Below are positions 26,388-34,785 of a stretch of 64,000 bases of DNA, one piece after another. Both the position numbers and the translations under genes were made by a program. Below the pieces are notes generated by a model that saw only the letters and a list, made by a program, of their open reading frames with translations, made no database searches and was not told where the DNA came from. The DNA is taken from assembly GCA_011523505.1 (NCBI GenBank), contig WTGP01000012.1, positions 83,038 through 147,037 of the forward strand, read 5' to 3'. Position 1 is the stretch's first letter. Each line of letters starts with the position of its first letter. This DNA comes from Gammaproteobacteria bacterium (lineage in GTDB: Bacteria; Pseudomonadota; Gammaproteobacteria; Steroidobacterales; Foliamicaceae).

Positions 26388-27647
26388 TTGGAGGAGGCGT
26401 TGTCGTTTGAATGGGCGCCGGGCGAGCAGCCGCCGATACTTGAGCCACACAGCGAAGCCAAGTTGCGGGTATTGCGGGCCTATCTGCACGCCTACTGCGA
26501 TACGTTAAACCTTCGGTTCCAGCGCGACGAATTCCGCTTAGATCTCGTTGACGGGTTCTGCGGGGGCGGAACCTACCGCGAAATAGATGGATCTATTGTT
26601 TCCGGTAGCCCCCTGATCATGCTCGAGGAAATGCAGGCCGCCGACCAGCGTTTGAACCAGAACCGAAGGAAGGCCTTGAGCGTGGACTATCAATGCTACT
26701 TCGTGGACAAAGAGCGGCCGCACATCGAACACTTGCGTGATGTGCTCAGTGAGCGAGGATACGGGTCTGAGGATGACCGCATCCTGGTGAGGGAAGGCCG
26801 TTTTGAAGCGGAATGCGGCGCCATCATCGAATCCATCCTCCGCCGTCAGCCCCGCGCAGGGCGAGCAATCTTTCTGCTGGACCAGACCGGGTACTCGCAG
26901 GTGGACCTGGACTTGATCCGCGGCATCTTTCGCCAGCTGCCTGCCGCCGAGGTGATCTTGACCTACGCTGCCGATGCGCTGATCAATTTTCTGGCGGGCC
27001 GTCCGGAGGTCCTGGTCCGGCTTGAAGGATTGGGACTGGACCGCGCGCAGGCCCTTGATCTCATTGAGCATAAACAGAGGGGCCAGCATGCGCTCATCCA
27101 GCGTACGTTGAAAGACCTAATACTTAGCGCAACCGGAGCAACCTACTACACCCCTTTTTTCATTCGCCCTGTAGTCTCCCGGCGTGCGCTGTGGTTTGTC
27201 CACCTTTCGAAGCATCCAACGGCCCGTGATGTCATGTTGCAGCTTCATTGGGAACTGAGCAATACGTTTGAGCACTACGGCAACGGAGGCCTCGGCATGC
27301 TGGGCTGGGATGCGATGAAAGATCTAGACGCGCTCGACCTGTTCAATTTCACCGCGGAAGACGAGGAGGCCGTACGCCTGGACTTGATGGAATCCCTTCC
27401 ACGTGAATTGGATGCCGCGGTGTCGAAGGAGCCGGTGCCGGTCGGTGCGGTATACCGCCAGGTAGCCAATCAAACTGCCGCGACCCGCTCGCAATTGGAC
27501 AAGGTCATCCTACAGCTATTCCGTGAGCGGGAATACGACATTCGTGACAAGAACAACCGGCGTCGAACGCGGCGTATCCTGCGCTTGCAGCCTACCGATC
27601 ACATCCTCCTGCCGGACAATCTGACGCTGCCGTTTCGAGCAAAATAG
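26388..27647 (+). CDS. tcmP: three-Cys-motif partner protein TcmP-like
   Basis: 419-aa ORF. TTG at 26388 directly abuts TAA at 26385-26387 of the DUF5131 gene. HSEAKLRVLRAYLHAY and the pairing with DUF5131 match TIGR04474 as I remember it. Confidence 0.65.
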   Translation: MEEALSFEWAPGEQPPILEPHSEAKLRVLRAYLHAYCDTLNLRFQRDEFRLDLVDGFCGGGTYREIDGSIVSGSPLIMLEEMQAADQRLNQNRRKALSVDYQCYFVDKERPHIEHLRDVLSERGYGSEDDRILVREGRFEAECGAIIESILRRQPRAGRAIFLLDQTGYSQVDLDLIRGIFRQLPAAEVILTYAADALINFLAGRPEVLVRLEGLGLDRAQALDLIEHKQRGQHALIQRTLKDLILSATGATYYTPFFIRPVVSRRALWFVHLSKHPTARDVMLQLHWELSNTFEHYGNGGLGMLGWDAMKDLDALDLFNFTAEDEEAVRLDLMESLPRELDAAVSKEPVPVGAVYRQVANQTAATRSQLDKVILQLFREREYDIRDKNNRRRTRRILRLQPTDHILLPDNLTLPFRAK

Positions 27648-27974
27648 CGCTTACCCAAATCGCGGTCATCAGGTTCCGCTCCGCCAGCGCATCGGCACGT
27701 TTTTTCCGCTGTCATATTGAGTTCTGCTAGGCTGGTTGTCGGGGTGCTACATTCGCTCAGCCAAGCCTGCACAAGTACTCTAGGCGGAAGCCCGCGAATC
27801 GCTGACCGGAGCCCTGCCGAATTTACATTGTCGACCCTTTACAAACTCTAACCGCAGTGCATTGGGCCTACAACAATAGCGTCCCCCAAACCTTCACAAA
27901 GGCCATCGTAAGGGCCACCACATCTCAATGAAACACATGAAATATCTATATATCAATAACTAAAGAGATTGTGA

Positions 27975-28048
27975 TGGGCCGTGAGGGAATCGAACCCGCA
28001 ACCAATGGATTAAGAGTCCACTGCTCTACCTAGTTGAGCTAACGGCCC
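27975..28048 (-). tRNA. tRNA-Lys (anticodon CTT), no encoded CCA, C-U mismatch in T-stem
   Basis: I folded the reverse complement GGGCCGTTAGCTCAACTAGGTAGAGCAGTGGACTCTTAATCCATTGGTTGCGGGTTCGATTCCCTCACGGCCCA by hand. The anticodon loop is CTCTTAA. The T-stem GCGGG/CCCTC has one mismatch. The 3' flank is TCA, not CCA. Confidence 0.8.
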
Positions 28049-28119
28049 AGTGTGGGTGTGGCGTTGAACGGAACGCCAGCCGGTGGGGGTGCAATATTGC
28101 CACAGCCGGCGGTGAAGGG

Positions 28120-28196
28120 TGGGGTGGACGATGGGACTCGAACCCACGACGACCAGATCCACAATCTGGGGCTCTACCAACTGAGCTACGCCCACC
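28120..28196 (-). tRNA. tRNA-His (anticodon GTG) with G-1 and encoded CCA
   Basis: Manual cloverleaf of GGTGGGCGTAGCTCAGTTGGTAGAGCCCCAGATTGTGGATCTGGTCGTCGTGGGTTCGAGTCCCATCGTCCACCCCA. Confidence 0.9.
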
Positions 28197-28245
28197 ACGG
28201 TTGATGCTGCTGCCCGGCTCGCGCCTGGGGCGCCGTTTCCGCCGA

Positions 28246-28322
28246 TGGCGCGCCTGGCAGGACTCGAACCTGCAACCACCGGCTTAGAAGGCCGATGCTC
28301 TATCCGGTTGAGCTACAGGCGC
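28246..28322 (-). tRNA. tRNA-Arg (anticodon TCT) with encoded CCA
   Basis: Manual cloverleaf of GCGCCTGTAGCTCAACCGGATAGAGCATCGGCCTTCTAAGCCGGTGGTTGCAGGTTCGAGTCCTGCCAGGCGCGCCA. Confidence 0.9.
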
Positions 28323-28364
28323 ATCGACTGGTTAGTCCGGGAAAGCGGCGGCCCTTTGGCGCAG

Positions 28365-28441
28365 TGGTCGGGGTAAACGGATTTGAACCGTTGACCTTCT
28401 GCTCCCAAAGCAGACGCGCTACCAGACTGCGCCATACCCCG
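28365..28441 (-). tRNA. tRNA-Pro (anticodon TGG) with encoded CCA
   Basis: Manual cloverleaf of CGGGGTATGGCGCAGTCTGGTAGCGCGTCTGCTTTGGGAGCAGAAGGTCAACGGTTCAAATCCGTTTACCCCGACCA. Confidence 0.9.
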
Positions 28442-28487
28442 CCGCGTGCCGAGCCAGCGGGGGGGATGATAACACTGGCGGGGGTTT

Positions 28488-28508
28488 GGGAGGTCGGGAC
28501 GACCTCCC
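28488..28508. terminator. 9-bp GC hairpin downstream of the aldehyde dehydrogenase gene (possible terminator)
   Basis: GGGAGGTCG-GGA-CGACCTCCC lies 20 nt past the stop at 28528. No U-tract follows on either strand. Confidence 0.3.
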
Positions 28509-28527
28509 TCCCGGGCATTCTCCCAAG

Positions 28528-29970
28528 TTAGGTGGCGGGTTCGGCGTAGGCGTCTATGTTGCGGGCTTCGGGGGACGAGTCGGAGAGGATGAGCTTGTGG
28601 CGGTAGAAGCGTTCGACGCCGGCGGGGCCCATGCGGGAGCGGCCCAGGCCCGAGAGGTTGAAGGGTTCCTGCTCGAATTCGTGGACCGAGCCGGACAGCG
28701 ATGCTTCGTTCACGCTGATGACGCCGCCGTTCAGGCGCCGGCCCACTTCCACGCCTTCTTCCTCGCTCCCGGCGAAGACGTTGGCGCTCAGGCCGTAGCG
28801 CGAGTCGTTGGCCAGCTCGACGGCCTCCTCGATGCTGTCGAAGGGCATGACGGGCAGCACCGGTCCGAAGGTCTCGTCGATCATGATGCGCATCGTGTGG
28901 TTGACGCCGCTCACGACGGTCGCCGGATACCAGGTGCCGCCGTTATCGACGTGCTTGCCCCCGCAATGCACGGTCGCGCCCTTCTCCACGGCGTCGTCGA
29001 TGTGCGACTGAATGGTCGCGAGCTGCTTCTCGAAGATCAGCGGGCCGATGTGGCCCTTGTCGGGCGCTTCGGTGTTGAGCGTTACGTCGGCGGCCAGTTC
29101 GGCGAGCCGCTCGACCAGCGCGTCGTGCAGCGGGCGGGCCACGTAGATGCGCTCCACGGACTGGCAGGCCTGACCGGTTGCCGCCACCGAACCGCGCAAC
29201 AGCACTTGGGCGGTGCGCTCCAGGTCCGCCGACTCCAGGACTATGGCCGGGTCCTTGCCGCCCATTTCCAGGTACGCGGGAATGAAGTTGCTGGCCGCTC
29301 GTTCGGCGACGATGCGCCCGGTGCGTACGCTGCCGGTGAAGCAGACGGCGTCCGAGTTGTCGATCACGGCCTCGCCGGTCGGCCCCGCGCCCATCGCGTA
29401 ATCGACAACGTCGGCAAGTCCGGGGACCTGGGCGAAGCACTCGCGAACGGGGTCCGCGTGACGCGGTGTGATCTCGCTGGGCTTGTAGAGGATCGCGCTG
29501 CCCGCGAGTAGCGCCGGGACCGAGTCGATCATTCCCAGCAGGAAGGGGAAGTTCCAGGGCGAGATGATGCCGACCAGCGGGAAGGGGACCAGTTGCGTGC
29601 GCGCCATGATGGTGGGCACGGCACTGTTTCGCGCCGCTTCTTTCTTCAGCAGTTCCCGGGCGAAACCGGCCATGCGGTCGGTCATGTGGCGCAGGTTGTC
29701 GATCTCGATGTGCGTGATCAGGACGCGTCCCGTGTCCGCGCAGAGCGCGTCGAAGATCGCCTGGCGGTTGTCCTGCACGGCGTCGGCGAACGCGTTCATC
29801 GCCTCGATGCGTTTCTCCAGTCCCAGGTCCAGCCAGGCGGGCTGGTTCATGCGCAGGCGGTCGGCGGTGGACGCTACTTCATCGGGCGTGGCGGGCTTGA
29901 GCAGGTAGTCGCGCTCGCCGGTGCGAGGGTTGCGGACGCGGATCGATTCGAACGAAGCGGATGCAGTCAT
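28528..29970 (-). CDS. NAD(P)-dependent aldehyde dehydrogenase family protein
   Basis: 480-aa ORF with EMGGKDP, FTGS and a catalytic-Cys context (ATGQACQSVERIYV). Confidence 0.85.
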   Translation of the reverse strand: MTASASFESIRVRNPRTGERDYLLKPATPDEVASTADRLRMNQPAWLDLGLEKRIEAMNAFADAVQDNRQAIFDALCADTGRVLITHIEIDNLRHMTDRMAGFARELLKKEAARNSAVPTIMARTQLVPFPLVGIISPWNFPFLLGMIDSVPALLAGSAILYKPSEITPRHADPVRECFAQVPGLADVVDYAMGAGPTGEAVIDNSDAVCFTGSVRTGRIVAERAASNFIPAYLEMGGKDPAIVLESADLERTAQVLLRGSVAATGQACQSVERIYVARPLHDALVERLAELAADVTLNTEAPDKGHIGPLIFEKQLATIQSHIDDAVEKGATVHCGGKHVDNGGTWYPATVVSGVNHTMRIMIDETFGPVLPVMPFDSIEEAVELANDSRYGLSANVFAGSEEEGVEVGRRLNGGVISVNEASLSGSVHEFEQEPFNLSGLGRSRMGPAGVERFYRHKLILSDSSPEARNIDAYAEPAT

Positions 29971-30022
29971 GGGCCTGAAATCTCCGGGGTTGAAGAGGCA
30001 GGCATTTTGCCATGATTGCTGC

Positions 30023-32659
30023 TTACTGCGTTCTGATGCGCACTCCCAGGAAAACGCGGCGGCCGCGGGGGTCCGCGGAGCGGGGATCGTAGTTGCCGGC
30101 TATGGCCACGTAGGGCGGGTCCTCGTCGAGCAGGTTGGCGGCGCCGAGCGTGATGGTCGTCTCGTAGTCGGCGCCGAGGCCGGGGAAGCTGCCCAATGAC
30201 CAGCGGACGTTCGCGTCCAGCGTGGTGAAGCCGTCGATCGAACCGCCGCCGTCGTCTTCATAGCCGCCGATGTGGCGCACCAGTCCGTTGACTTCCCACG
30301 GCCCCCTGGCCCAGGACAGGCCGGCCGAGCCCCGGAATTGCTGGTTGGGCGCGCCGACGTTGGCCCGGTTGAGCTTGCCCAGCGCATCGATTTCGACGCC
30401 CGCGTTCGTCACGTCGTATCTGAAAAGCCAGGTGGCCTCGGTCCATCCCGAAAGCAGCCCGGCGCCGGTATCCATACTGCCGCGCGCCGAGAGATCGATG
30501 CCGGTGGTCTTGATCCGGTCGGCGTTGATGAACGCCACGTTGACGATGGAGACGGTGCCGGCCGAAGTTCGTTCGATGCGCGCGTCGAACGGGTCGGCGT
30601 TAACAATCGCCTGGGCGTTCTCCTTGCGCAGCACGTCCTTGAACTCATAGTGCCAGTAGTCGGCGCTCAGCGCCCAGGATGCGCTTCCCTGCCAGGTGAC
30701 GCCCAGGTTGTATGCGCTTGACGTTTCCGGTTGCAGCGTGGGGTCGCCCACGGTGCGGCGGCCGGCGAAGGTCCTCGATCCGTCGTGATCGACGATGTTG
30801 GTGAAATTGGTTTGCGCGCCGCGGGTCTGAAACGGCGATGGCGCACGGAAGGAGGTGCTGTAGGAGCCCCGCAACGACAAGGTGTCCAGGGGCCGGTAAA
30901 GGAGCGTGACCTTCGGGTCCAGCGTATTGCCCACGCCGGACCCGTAGTCCTCGTAACGCAGCGCGCCGGTGAGCTCCAGGCTGTCGGTGAGCGGCAGCCA
31001 GACCTCGCCATAGACGGCATAGACCGAATCGTCCGCGTCGAAGTCGGGGTTGCCGATCAGAAACGCCCAGCCGTCCTGGCGGGTCACGGTGTCGAAGCGG
31101 AAGTCCAGCGACTGTTTGCGGTGTTGGGCGCCGACGGCATAGGCGCCCCCGAAAACGAGCAGGTCGCCGTTGACGTTGGCCTCGACGGTCGTCAGTCGCG
31201 AGTCGCCCAGGCCGATGTAGTCGCCGATGATGAACTCGTACAGGTCGCGCCCGTTGGCCAGCGGCGAGCCCGGGTCCGCCTCGAAGTTCGAACTGAAGGG
31301 GTTGAAGAACAGGCAGCCGCCTTGTCCCGGCGCGCGGTCCGGTCCGGAAGCGCAGTTGCTGCCGCCGAAGCCGTTCAGCGCGGCCTGGAAGTTCGCCGCG
31401 TGTACGTCGCGCGGGTTGAGCACGGCGTCGTTGGCGCCGTACACGACGGAGACGTTCCACGACGTCGAATCCGTCAGCTCGCCCTCCAGACCGGCGGCGA
31501 CCCTCAGGGTTTCGTGCTCGTAGTAGTTGATCTCCGGCGGATGCGCGTAACCGTAGGGCCGTCCCTGGAAGAACACGTCTTCGCCGTAGGGATTGGCCGG
31601 GTGATACGCCGGCACCACGGGCGTGTTCAGCACCGGAAAGCTGGGCGATACCTCGCGGCTGATGTCGTTCCTGGCGTAGCCGAACTCGGCCCAGAGGGCT
31701 GTTTTCCCGCCCCGGTTCCAGTCTCCCTGGCCCCACAGTTGCAGCCGTCGTTCGTTGGGCACCGTCGTGATTTGCGGGGCGTAATCGAAACGGCAGATTT
31801 CGCCGCCACCGGTAAGCTGCTGTAAAAGTCCCTCGTAGCGCGCGCAACCGGGATCGGCCACCGTTTGTCCCATGGACGGCACGTTGAAGCTGGCCGGATT
31901 GCCGAAACCGCTGGTGGAGGGCCGCAGCCAATCGACTTCGGCCAGTATCAGGCTGGTGCGGTCCAGGTAGCTGGCGGCCACCAGGAACCCGCCGTCGCCT
32001 GCGCCGAAGTCGCCGCCATATACCGCATCGACGGTGAGGTCTTCCTGGGAACCGTCGTTGGTGCGCGCGCGGAACTCGGTTTGCAGCTCGAACCCGTTGT
32101 AGCCGCGGCGGGTGATGAAGTTCACGACGCCGGCCACCGCCTCGGAGCCGTAAATCGCGGCGGCGCCGTCCTTGAGGATCTCGACGCGCTCCACCGCGAG
32201 CATGGGCGCCAGCGCCGCCAGGTCCACGAAACTGAAACCGTCGTCAGTCTGCGCCGAGGAAAGCACCTGTCTCCTGCCGTTGACGAGCACCAGGGTGGAG
32301 GCGACGCCCAGTCCGCGCAGGTTGACGTTGGCCGTGCCCACCGTGTAGTTCTGCGACAGGTTGTCGGAATTGTTCTCCGAGCCCGCGTTGATCGAGAGGA
32401 CCCCCACCATGTCGCGAATGTCCTTGAGCCCCGCGTCCATCAGGTCCGGCCCTTCATGGATCGTGAGCGGCGACGGCGAATCGCTCTGCCGGCTGATGCG
32501 GCTGCCGGTCCTGGCCGTGACGACGATCTCGTCGATCGCGTCTGCCTGGTCGGTTTGGTCGGTTGGGTCGGTTTGCGCCGCGCCGTCCGGGGTGGCCAGC
32601 GCCGTTGCCAGCACCAGCGCGAGCGCGAACCCTGTCGGCTTTACATTCCCCCGCAACAT
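30023..32659 (-). CDS. TonB-dependent receptor
   Basis: 878-aa ORF with a signal peptide and plug region (IDEIVVTARTGSR...). It has a long Gly/Asn/Tyr-rich beta-barrel with alternating pattern. Confidence 0.85.
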   Translation of the reverse strand: MLRGNVKPTGFALALVLATALATPDGAAQTDPTDQTDQADAIDEIVVTARTGSRISRQSDSPSPLTIHEGPDLMDAGLKDIRDMVGVLSINAGSENNSDNLSQNYTVGTANVNLRGLGVASTLVLVNGRRQVLSSAQTDDGFSFVDLAALAPMLAVERVEILKDGAAAIYGSEAVAGVVNFITRRGYNGFELQTEFRARTNDGSQEDLTVDAVYGGDFGAGDGGFLVAASYLDRTSLILAEVDWLRPSTSGFGNPASFNVPSMGQTVADPGCARYEGLLQQLTGGGEICRFDYAPQITTVPNERRLQLWGQGDWNRGGKTALWAEFGYARNDISREVSPSFPVLNTPVVPAYHPANPYGEDVFFQGRPYGYAHPPEINYYEHETLRVAAGLEGELTDSTSWNVSVVYGANDAVLNPRDVHAANFQAALNGFGGSNCASGPDRAPGQGGCLFFNPFSSNFEADPGSPLANGRDLYEFIIGDYIGLGDSRLTTVEANVNGDLLVFGGAYAVGAQHRKQSLDFRFDTVTRQDGWAFLIGNPDFDADDSVYAVYGEVWLPLTDSLELTGALRYEDYGSGVGNTLDPKVTLLYRPLDTLSLRGSYSTSFRAPSPFQTRGAQTNFTNIVDHDGSRTFAGRRTVGDPTLQPETSSAYNLGVTWQGSASWALSADYWHYEFKDVLRKENAQAIVNADPFDARIERTSAGTVSIVNVAFINADRIKTTGIDLSARGSMDTGAGLLSGWTEATWLFRYDVTNAGVEIDALGKLNRANVGAPNQQFRGSAGLSWARGPWEVNGLVRHIGGYEDDGGGSIDGFTTLDANVRWSLGSFPGLGADYETTITLGAANLLDEDPPYVAIAGNYDPRSADPRGRRVFLGVRIRTQ

Positions 32660-32666
32660 GCCCGGA

Positions 32667-33344
32667 TTATAGGGAGTAGGCGCCTTCCGCGGTGCCCACG
32701 ATCACGACTTCGGGGCGGTGGTGGGCGAACAGGCCCACGGTGACCACGCCGGGGACCTGGTTGATTTCGGTTTCGAGTTCGACCGGGTCGAGGATCTTGA
32801 GATTGTGCACGTCGAGGATCTCGTTGCCGTAATCGGTGACCACGCCTTCGCGGTACTGCGGCTGGCCGCCCAGTTCGACGAGCTTGCGGGCCACCGACGA
32901 ACGCGCCATCGGGATGACCTCGACGGGAAGCGGAAACTTGCCCAGCAGTTTCACCCGCTTGCTTTCGTCCACGATGCAGACGAAACGGCGCGAGGACGCC
33001 ACGAGTATTTTTTCGCCGGTCAGCGCTGCGCCGCCGCCCTTGATCAGGCGCCGGTGGTCGTCGGTCTCGTCGGCGCCGTCCACGTAGAGGTCCAGCGTGC
33101 CGCACTGACTCAAGGGCGACACCTCGAAACCGAGGTCGCTCAGCAGATCGGTGGTCGCCTGCGAGCTGGAAGCGACGGCCGTGATCCGGTCGCGCACCTC
33201 CGGGAGCAGGGCGATGAACTCGTTGGTTGTGCTGCCCGTGCCGACGCCCAGGCGGCAGTCGTGGCGGATGTGCTCGATCGCGGCCCGCGCGGCGTGGCGC
33301 TTGGCCGCCAGCGCTGCCTCTTTATCGGTCTTTTTCGATCGCAA
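32667..33344 (-). CDS. rpiA: ribose-5-phosphate isomerase A
   Basis: 225-aa ORF with the LGVGTGSTT and LYVDGADE motifs, and [11 protein letters not shown]. Confidence 0.85.
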   Translation of the reverse strand: MRSKKTDKEAALAAKRHAARAAIEHIRHDCRLGVGTGSTTNEFIALLPEVRDRITAVASSSQATTDLLSDLGFEVSPLSQCGTLDLYVDGADETDDHRRLIKGGGAALTGEKILVASSRRFVCIVDESKRVKLLGKFPLPVEVIPMARSSVARKLVELGGQPQYREGVVTDYGNEILDVHNLKILDPVELETEINQVPGVVTVGLFAHHRPEVVIVGTAEGAYSL

Positions 33345-33452
33345 TCGGCTCTACCGTCGTTGCGGAGGCGAGAAATCGTCTCGCCGGTTCCCGGGTGCCG
33401 CCATTATATGGAGCGGGCGGCTTCCCCCAGGGGACGGGGGCATGTCCCTCGA

Positions 33453-33508
33453 GGCGTCCCGCCCCGGAAACGCTGGCTTCCTCCCGGGCGCGAGGGCGTC
33501 CCGCCCTC
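33453..33508. repeat. two copies of GC-rich palindromic 12-mer GGCGTCCCGCCC (REP-like) just downstream of the cyclo-ligase stop
   Basis: Copies at 33453-33464 and 33495-33506. The second sits in hairpin GAGGGCG-TCC-CGCCCTC at 33492-33508. Confidence 0.6.
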
Positions 33509-33510
33509 AA

Positions 33511-34092
33511 TTAGCGCCGGAACTCGTGGATCTGCCGCTCGGTGATCACCGCATCTACCGGCACGTCAGTCGGCTTCGCATCGAGCTGCCCCACCTGCTG
33601 GAAGTCGTAGCCCAGGCCCACCAGCATAGGCCGCCGCCAGTTCTTCGCGGTATTGCGAAAAGCGAACGCGCGATCGTAGTAGCCGCCGCCCTGGCCGAGG
33701 CGGTTGCCGCCGGAGTCGAAGGCCACCAGCGGCAGAAGAACCACGTTCGGCCTTCTCGCGCTTACCCAGCTCCCGGGGCGCCATTCCGGCTCGAGTATTC
33801 CCCATCGGTTCGGCGTCAGCGCCTGGCCGGGATCGTACGGTGCGAACCGCATGTGGCGGCCGACGACCACGGGCAGCAGCACATCCGCGCCGCGCCCCAG
33901 CGCCCATTCGATGATCGGCTCGCAGGACATTTCGCCGCGGTGGGGCATGTAGGCCGCGATGCAGCGTGCGTGTTGCAGTGCCGGAAGCGTGCGCGCCAGT
34001 TGTGCGCATTGCCCGGCGGCTTGGTCGCGCAGGGGGGCGCTCAGGTTCGCGCGCGCCTTGCGCAGTGAGGAGCGCAGGTTGTCAATCGGCAT
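33511..34092 (-). CDS. 5-formyltetrahydrofolate cyclo-ligase
   Basis: 193-aa ORF. LLPVV...ILEP...LLPLVAFDSGGNRLGQGGGYYDR matches the family signature. It sits next to zapA as in other gammaproteobacteria. Confidence 0.8.
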   Translation of the reverse strand: MPIDNLRSSLRKARANLSAPLRDQAAGQCAQLARTLPALQHARCIAAYMPHRGEMSCEPIIEWALGRGADVLLPVVVGRHMRFAPYDPGQALTPNRWGILEPEWRPGSWVSARRPNVVLLPLVAFDSGGNRLGQGGGYYDRAFAFRNTAKNWRRPMLVGLGYDFQQVGQLDAKPTDVPVDAVITERQIHEFRR

Positions 34093-34109
34093 GTTGTGGC
34101 GTTGTTTCT

Positions 34110-34124
34110 AGGGCGGGACGCCCT
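34110..34124. repeat. third, inverted copy of the GC-rich palindromic unit (GGGCGGGACGCC)
   Basis: Positions 34111-34122 are the exact reverse complement of the 12-mer at 33453 and 33495. It lies in the 62-nt zapA/cyclo-ligase spacer. Confidence 0.6.
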
Positions 34125-34154
34125 CGCTCCCAGGGTGCCTTCGTGTCGGCGGAG

Positions 34155-34490
34155 TCAGCCTGCCGCTTGCGCCTTTGCGCCGTCGGCGGCAGCGGCTTTT
34201 TCGAGGCGCCGTTCGACGCGCCGGCGAACGCTGCGCACGCTGTCGAGGGTTTCCGTGGCGCTGCTGTCGGTTTCGCGCTGCGATTGCAGCAGATTGGTGG
34301 CGAGCCTCAGGGCCGCCAGCATGAAGACGTTGGTCGTGTCGAGCAGGGGGTCCGCGTGCTGCACGTTCTCGATCTGCTCGTCGAGCAGCGAAGCCGCGCT
34401 CTTCAGCACCTCGCGGTCCCCAGGTTCACAGGCGATTGTGTGATCCTCGCCCAGGATTCGAAGCCTGACGGTCTCGAACTTTTCGGTCAC
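34155..34490 (-). CDS. zapA: cell division protein ZapA
   Basis: 111 codons from GTG at 34490, which forms GTGA with the upstream stop. VRLRILGEDHTIACEPGDREVLKSAASLLDEQI is ZapA-like. The track ORF (147 aa) extends upstream spuriously. Confidence 0.75.
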   Translation of the reverse strand: MTEKFETVRLRILGEDHTIACEPGDREVLKSAASLLDEQIENVQHADPLLDTTNVFMLAALRLATNLLQSQRETDSSATETLDSVRSVRRRVERRLEKAAAADGAKAQAAG

Positions 34491-34711
34491 ACGCTGCGTT
34501 CCATGCTGCGCAGCCGCTGAACCATCTCGGCGACCCGCTGACGTGCTTCCTCCCGTGTATTGAACAGCCTGGAGCGCTCGCCCTGTAGCTTTTCGCACTG
34601 GGTCAGCAGCGCGGCATTCTCGCGGCGCAACTGATCGTTCAGGTCGAGCAGTTCGTCGACGCGCTCCGACAGCAATTCGATCTCGTTGTGCAGGTTTTGT
34701 TCCTGTGCCAT
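34487..34711 (-). CDS. ZapB-like/TIGR02449-type coiled-coil protein
   Basis: 74 codons from MAQEQN. It has a heptad-rich sequence and a conserved position upstream of zapA. Confidence 0.55.
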   Translation of the reverse strand: MAQEQNLHNEIELLSERVDELLDLNDQLRRENAALLTQCEKLQGERSRLFNTREEARQRVAEMVQRLRSMERSV

Positions 34712-34785
34712 AACCCGCGAATATAGCACGAAGCGCCTCTTTCGAGTGGACGCGCGGGGAACTGGCGACCGGCTAAAATCGGCAA

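Noticed and set aside
28010-28531. ORFs of 72-89 aa overlapping the tRNA cluster
   Set aside because: They are read through tRNA genes and their spacers, so they are artefacts.
34093-34154. 6S RNA (ssrS), expected between zapA and the 5-FTHF cyclo-ligase gene by synteny with E. coli/Pseudomonas
   Set aside because: The spacer is only 62 nt, far shorter than a ~180-nt 6S RNA, and holds just one REP-like hairpin. I also could not recognise 6S features in the 166-nt region at 33345-33510. A covariance-model scan would be needed to be sure.
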